From contig JBMFRB010000003.1 of NCBI GenBank assembly GCA_049968255.1, positions 288,998-352,997 on the forward strand: a DNA stretch of 64,000 nucleotides, given 5' to 3'. The position numbers and the translations under genes were made by a program. The notes below the pieces were generated by a model. The model did not search any database, was not told the origin of the DNA, and was given only the letters and a program-made list of their open reading frames with translations. Positions 60,171 through 64,000 of the stretch are shown piece after piece. The DNA comes from Candidatus Sumerlaeaceae bacterium. Its GTDB lineage: Bacteria; Sumerlaeota; Sumerlaeia; Sumerlaeales; Sumerlaeaceae. Within the stretch, counting starts at the first letter, position 1. The number at the start of each line of letters is the position of its first letter.

Positions 60171-61874
60171 ATGGATTCCTACGCGATCGAAGCCGTAGCC
60201 GTGCGCAAGGTTTACCGCCACTATGGCTCGCCGTGGCAACGCGTCCGCAGCCTGGTCGCTGGCCGCGTACCGGCGCGTGAGTTCGTGGCACTCGACGACG
60301 TGACACTTTGTGTGACCAAGGGTAGCGCGCTCGGAGTGCTTGGTCCCAATGGTGCCGGCAAAAGCACGCTCCTCAAAATTCTCGCAGGGATCGTCGAGCC
60401 GACGTCCGGGCAAGTCGCTGTTCACGGCAGTGTAGGGTCAATCCTCGAGCTTGGCGCTGGTTTTCATCCTGAATTCACTGGACGCGAAAACCTCGTGCTC
60501 AACGCCGCTCTGTTGGGCTATCCACCTGAGCGCACAAGTGAGATCCTTGCGCGCGTCGAAGAATTCTGTGAGCTAGGGCCTTATCTGGATCTTCCCGTGA
60601 AAACATACTCCTCGGGGATGTTTGTTCGGCTTGCTTTCAGCGCCGCCATTGCCATCGAGCCAGATATCTTGCTGGTTGACGAAGCGTTGGCCGTGGGCGA
60701 CGCCGTCTTCGCGCACCGCTGCCTTGCCCGCGTCCGTGAGTTGCGAGAGCGCGGATGCACTATCGTTTTTGTGACCCACGACACTGCCACTCTCACTCAG
60801 GTTTGCGACCGTGCCATTCTTCTCGCGCAAGGCCGGATTGTCGCCGACGGTTTGCCGCGCGAGGTGGTGGACCTTTATCTCGTCCGTGTGGCGGAACAGT
60901 TAGCCAAAAGTGCCTCGCAAGAAAAAGGGGCCCCCATTCACGTTGTGGGTGCCCGCGAAAGCAGCAACGTCAGCCCGACGCGCTTCGGCTCATTCCAAGC
61001 CGAGATCGTGGAATGTGCCGTCGAGGGTGCCGATGGCCGCCCGCTGCAACGCATCGTCAGCGGGACCCCAGTCCGCCTGCGTATGCTTGTTCGCTTTCAC
61101 CGCGGCGTGGAGAATCCCGTCTTCGGCGTGATGATCAAGAATCGCCACGGTGTGGAAATCTTTGGCACCAACACGCACCTGCGCACGATGAACACAGGGA
61201 GTTTCCAGGCGGGCGACATAGCTCAGGCATGCTTTGATCTGCCACTCATCCTCGGTACCGGCACGTATTCAGTCTCTTACGCTGTGCACACGGCTGATGG
61301 GCATTTTTTTGACTACCGTGTGGATGCGCAGCTCTGCGAAGTCATTGGTGTGGCCGAGGCCGTGGGGATCGTAAATTTGCCTGTCGCCGTAAGTGTGGCG
61401 AAGGCTGCTGACTCGCTCAGTGCGCCGGTGGCTGATCTTGCGGCACACCTCTACGCCGATGCACCAACCTTGCTCGACATGAGTGAGCGTTGTGATCGTT
61501 TCCTGGCAGGGGAGTGGCATGTGCCGGAAACCGACAGCGAGGGCACATACCGCTGGCTTGGACGCGAGGGTCTAGCTTTTGTTGCGGCCGGCCGTGGCCG
61601 CACTCTCGAGACAGACGTGCAAACGTTTGCCCCCGACGTGGCTGGCGATCCCCTAATTCTACGCATTCTTGTCAATGGTCACGAGCTGGGGCAAGTTGAG
61701 CTCAACGATTCGCGCAGGCGAATTGTGCGCCTGGGTGTTCCATCTGAAATTCTCCGGCCCATCAACACGATCACGCTTGTGGCATCACGCGTGTGGTCGC
61801 CGACGCAATTCAACACATCCTTGCGCGATGCACGCCAACTCAGCGTGCTGGTGCGCAGGATCGCGGTCCCATGA
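60171..61874 (+). CDS. wzt: ABC polysaccharide exporter ATPase (Wzt) with Wzt_C and an extra C-terminal domain
   Basis: GPNGAGKST, YSSGM, LVDEALAVGD, VTHD. 567 aa. Confidence 0.92.
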   Translation: MDSYAIEAVAVRKVYRHYGSPWQRVRSLVAGRVPAREFVALDDVTLCVTKGSALGVLGPNGAGKSTLLKILAGIVEPTSGQVAVHGSVGSILELGAGFHPEFTGRENLVLNAALLGYPPERTSEILARVEEFCELGPYLDLPVKTYSSGMFVRLAFSAAIAIEPDILLVDEALAVGDAVFAHRCLARVRELRERGCTIVFVTHDTATLTQVCDRAILLAQGRIVADGLPREVVDLYLVRVAEQLAKSASQEKGAPIHVVGARESSNVSPTRFGSFQAEIVECAVEGADGRPLQRIVSGTPVRLRMLVRFHRGVENPVFGVMIKNRHGVEIFGTNTHLRTMNTGSFQAGDIAQACFDLPLILGTGTYSVSYAVHTADGHFFDYRVDAQLCEVIGVAEAVGIVNLPVAVSVAKAADSLSAPVADLAAHLYADAPTLLDMSERCDRFLAGEWHVPETDSEGTYRWLGREGLAFVAAGRGRTLETDVQTFAPDVAGDPLILRILVNGHELGQVELNDSRRRIVRLGVPSEILRPINTITLVASRVWSPTQFNTSLRDARQLSVLVRRIAVP

Positions 61875-62941
61875 GTGCGCGGCCCCCGCACATCGACGTT
61901 GTTGTTGCCTCGCTGGACGAGAGGGACGGCGTGTCGTTCGACTCGCTGCAGTGCCACGCAGCGCTAAAGGCGCTTGGCGTCGAATCCCACCTCTTCTGCG
62001 ATTACAATCGAAGTGCCGTCGCTGCACGCCAATGGGCCCACCATTATTTGGCGATGCGCGATCACTCCAGGCCAGATGCCGTGCTTTACGTGTACTCTGT
62101 GCAGTCGCCCATCAGCATGTATTTGCGCCAGCAGGGCTGGCCGGTTGTACTCCGTTATCAAAATATTACGCCGCCGCATTTCTTTGAACCTTATGATCCC
62201 GAATTTGCTCGCCACCTTGCCCAAGGACGCGAAGAGTTAGCCCAATTGTGCGCGCACGTGTTCGCCGGAATTTGTCCCTCACGCTTCAATGCGTCGGAGC
62301 TCGAAAACTATGGCGTGCGGCAAATTCACGTTGTCGCGAATTTTTGTCGTCTCAAAGAAAGAACCTCCGCTTTGCCGCCAGAATCCTTTGTTCGTCTCCT
62401 GTTTGTCGGCCGTGTGGTGCCGAACAAATGTCAACACGAACTCGTGGACGTAGCGTCGCGCCTATGCAGAACGTATGGTCGCAAGGTTGAGCTCGTTCTC
62501 GCGGGGTCGACGACTCGCTGCAGTCTCTATGCGTCTCTTGTGCGAGAGTATGCGCGCAATGGCGGTGTCCCTGTTCATGTGCTCGAAGAGTTTTCAGAAC
62601 AGGAAAATGTTTACACTGGCGCACATTTCTATTTGTCGCTCAGCGAGCACGAAGGATTCGGCATGCCTCTTGTTGAAGCAATGTCAGCTGGAGTTCCTGT
62701 CCTCGCTTATGGAGCGGCCGCCGTGCCGGAAGTGGTCGGCGACGGCGGAGTGGTGTTCGACACGAAAGACAAGGATTTCGTTGCCGCACTCATCGAAGCA
62801 ATCGTGCACGAGCCGGCGCGTTGGCAGCAACTCGCTGAGGCCGGCGTCAAGCGCGCCGGCGAGTTTCGTCATCACAGACTCCGAACACAGCTCGCAGGCG
62901 CATTACGAAGTCTAGGTTTCGAGGTAGGCGATGGCGCATAA
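61871..62941 (+). CDS. GT4 glycosyltransferase
   Basis: NITP, FVGRVVPNK, SEHEGFGMPLVEAM. ATGA overlap with wzt. Confidence 0.9.
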   Translation: MSARPPHIDVVVASLDERDGVSFDSLQCHAALKALGVESHLFCDYNRSAVAARQWAHHYLAMRDHSRPDAVLYVYSVQSPISMYLRQQGWPVVLRYQNITPPHFFEPYDPEFARHLAQGREELAQLCAHVFAGICPSRFNASELENYGVRQIHVVANFCRLKERTSALPPESFVRLLFVGRVVPNKCQHELVDVASRLCRTYGRKVELVLAGSTTRCSLYASLVREYARNGGVPVHVLEEFSEQENVYTGAHFYLSLSEHEGFGMPLVEAMSAGVPVLAYGAAAVPEVVGDGGVVFDTKDKDFVAALIEAIVHEPARWQQLAEAGVKRAGEFRHHRLRTQLAGALRSLGFEVGDGA

Positions 62942-64000
62942 ACCAACGTTGGATCGGTTGCATCGCGTTGTTTTTTTGGCGCTGCTCGCCCTGGCCTTGT
63001 TTTTGCGTCTATGGCAGATTTGGGACATCCCGCCGGGGCTTTGGTACGACGAGGCGCTCTACTGCCTCAATGCCTTGTCCATTGGCCGCGGGCATTGGCC
63101 GATCTTTTTCATGCTTCACGATCATCCGGTGGAGCCGCTCTATGTCTACACACTGGCCGGCGCGTTCGCGCTCTTCGGCCCGACGGTCGTCGTTGGGCGA
63201 ATCGTGAGTGCTCTTTGGGGAACGATCGCAGTAGCGCTGTTTTATCCGATTGGCCGGCGGCTGATGAATGAGCGCTGGGCGCTCGTGGGCTGTTTCGTCT
63301 ACGCCGTTTTCCGCTGGCCGCTTCATTTCAGTCGGACCATTTTTCGCGCCGTCACGCCTCCGGTCTTTATCATGCTTGTCGTCCTCTTCTTCCTTCGTTG
63401 GCGCGAGCGTCGCCGAACTTCCGACGCCATGCTTTGTGGCCTCTTTCTCGGGCTTGGCCTTTACACTTACATCTCATTCCGTCTCGTTCCCCTCCTTTGG
63501 CTCGCTTGGGTGGTGTGGCTTGCCTGGCGCGGTGAGATCGTCTGGCGTCGCGATGCCAAAGCGCTTGCCACCATGGTCATCACAGCTTTTCTCGTGGGGT
63601 CTCCACTCGCTGTAGATTTCTTGTTTCACCCCGCCCACTTTTCTGGTCGCCTTGACGAAGTCTCGATGTTTCACGAACGCATCGAGCAGAGGCGCCCCGA
63701 TGGCCGCGTGGAGGTTCACGAAGTGCCCAAACCGCTCTCACAGGTTATTCTTGGGCTGCTTAGGAATGCAGTGGCTGTGAGCAAAATGTGGACTATCCGC
63801 GGCGATCACGTTGGCCGCCACAATTTGCCTTACGAACCAGTGTTTGATTGGGTGAGTGGCATCATCTTTTATATCGGGGTGCTGTGGGCCATGTGCTACG
63901 CATGGCGACGTGAAGCCGCTTTTCTTCCTCTCCTATGGTTACTGACGCTGTTGGCAGCTAGCGTGTTTTCCTTCGGAGCGCCAAACATTCTGCGCACGCA
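62931..64000 (+). CDS. ArnT/PMT-like (GT39/GT83) membrane glycosyltransferase, partial
   Basis: Manual translation MAHKPTLDRLHRVVFLALLALALFLRLWQIWDIPPGLWYDEALY...EPLYVY, with the DE motif after TM1. Runs off the window; not in the ORF track. Confidence 0.85.
   Translation, partial: MAHKPTLDRLHRVVFLALLALALFLRLWQIWDIPPGLWYDEALYCLNALSIGRGHWPIFFMLHDHPVEPLYVYTLAGAFALFGPTVVVGRIVSALWGTIAVALFYPIGRRLMNERWALVGCFVYAVFRWPLHFSRTIFRAVTPPVFIMLVVLFFLRWRERRRTSDAMLCGLFLGLGLYTYISFRLVPLLWLAWVVWLAWRGEIVWRRDAKALATMVITAFLVGSPLAVDFLFHPAHFSGRLDEVSMFHERIEQRRPDGRVEVHEVPKPLSQVILGLLRNAVAVSKMWTIRGDHVGRHNLPYEPVFDWVSGIIFYIGVLWAMCYAWRREAAFLPLLWLLTLLAASVFSFGAPNILRT

Overview
Core-chromosome window from a moderately GC-rich diderm bacterium. 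The gene mix (long GreA, FHA-EAL, membrane Ser/Thr kinase, many TPR and GT-C proteins) suggests a PVC-related or Sumerlaeota-like lineage; this is inference only. It holds about 45 CDS and two tRNAs (Gly-GCC, Ala-GGC). I saw no mobile element, CRISPR array or rRNA. Two edge genes are missing from the ORF track: a GH38 alpha-mannosidase (<1-2221, minus) and an ArnT-like glycosyltransferase (62931->64000). The most interesting region is 13.3-18.9 kb. On the minus strand is a cydA-cydB operon with a Rex-like operator, followed by an aldo/keto-reductase::chlorite-dismutase/ChdC fusion with atypical active-site residues. Divergent from it is a two-gene unit: a Cys-rich exported leader-like protein, a structured spacer, a 68-aa signal-peptide-bearing metallothionein-like protein, and a terminator. 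Other oddities are an archaeal/eukaryotic-type MtaB, a SlyD-like His/Cys tail on a TPR protein, a stand-alone PilT N-terminal domain, a secreted TreZ/GlgB-like GH13 and an extended Wzt. All family calls come from motif recognition by eye, not from database searches.
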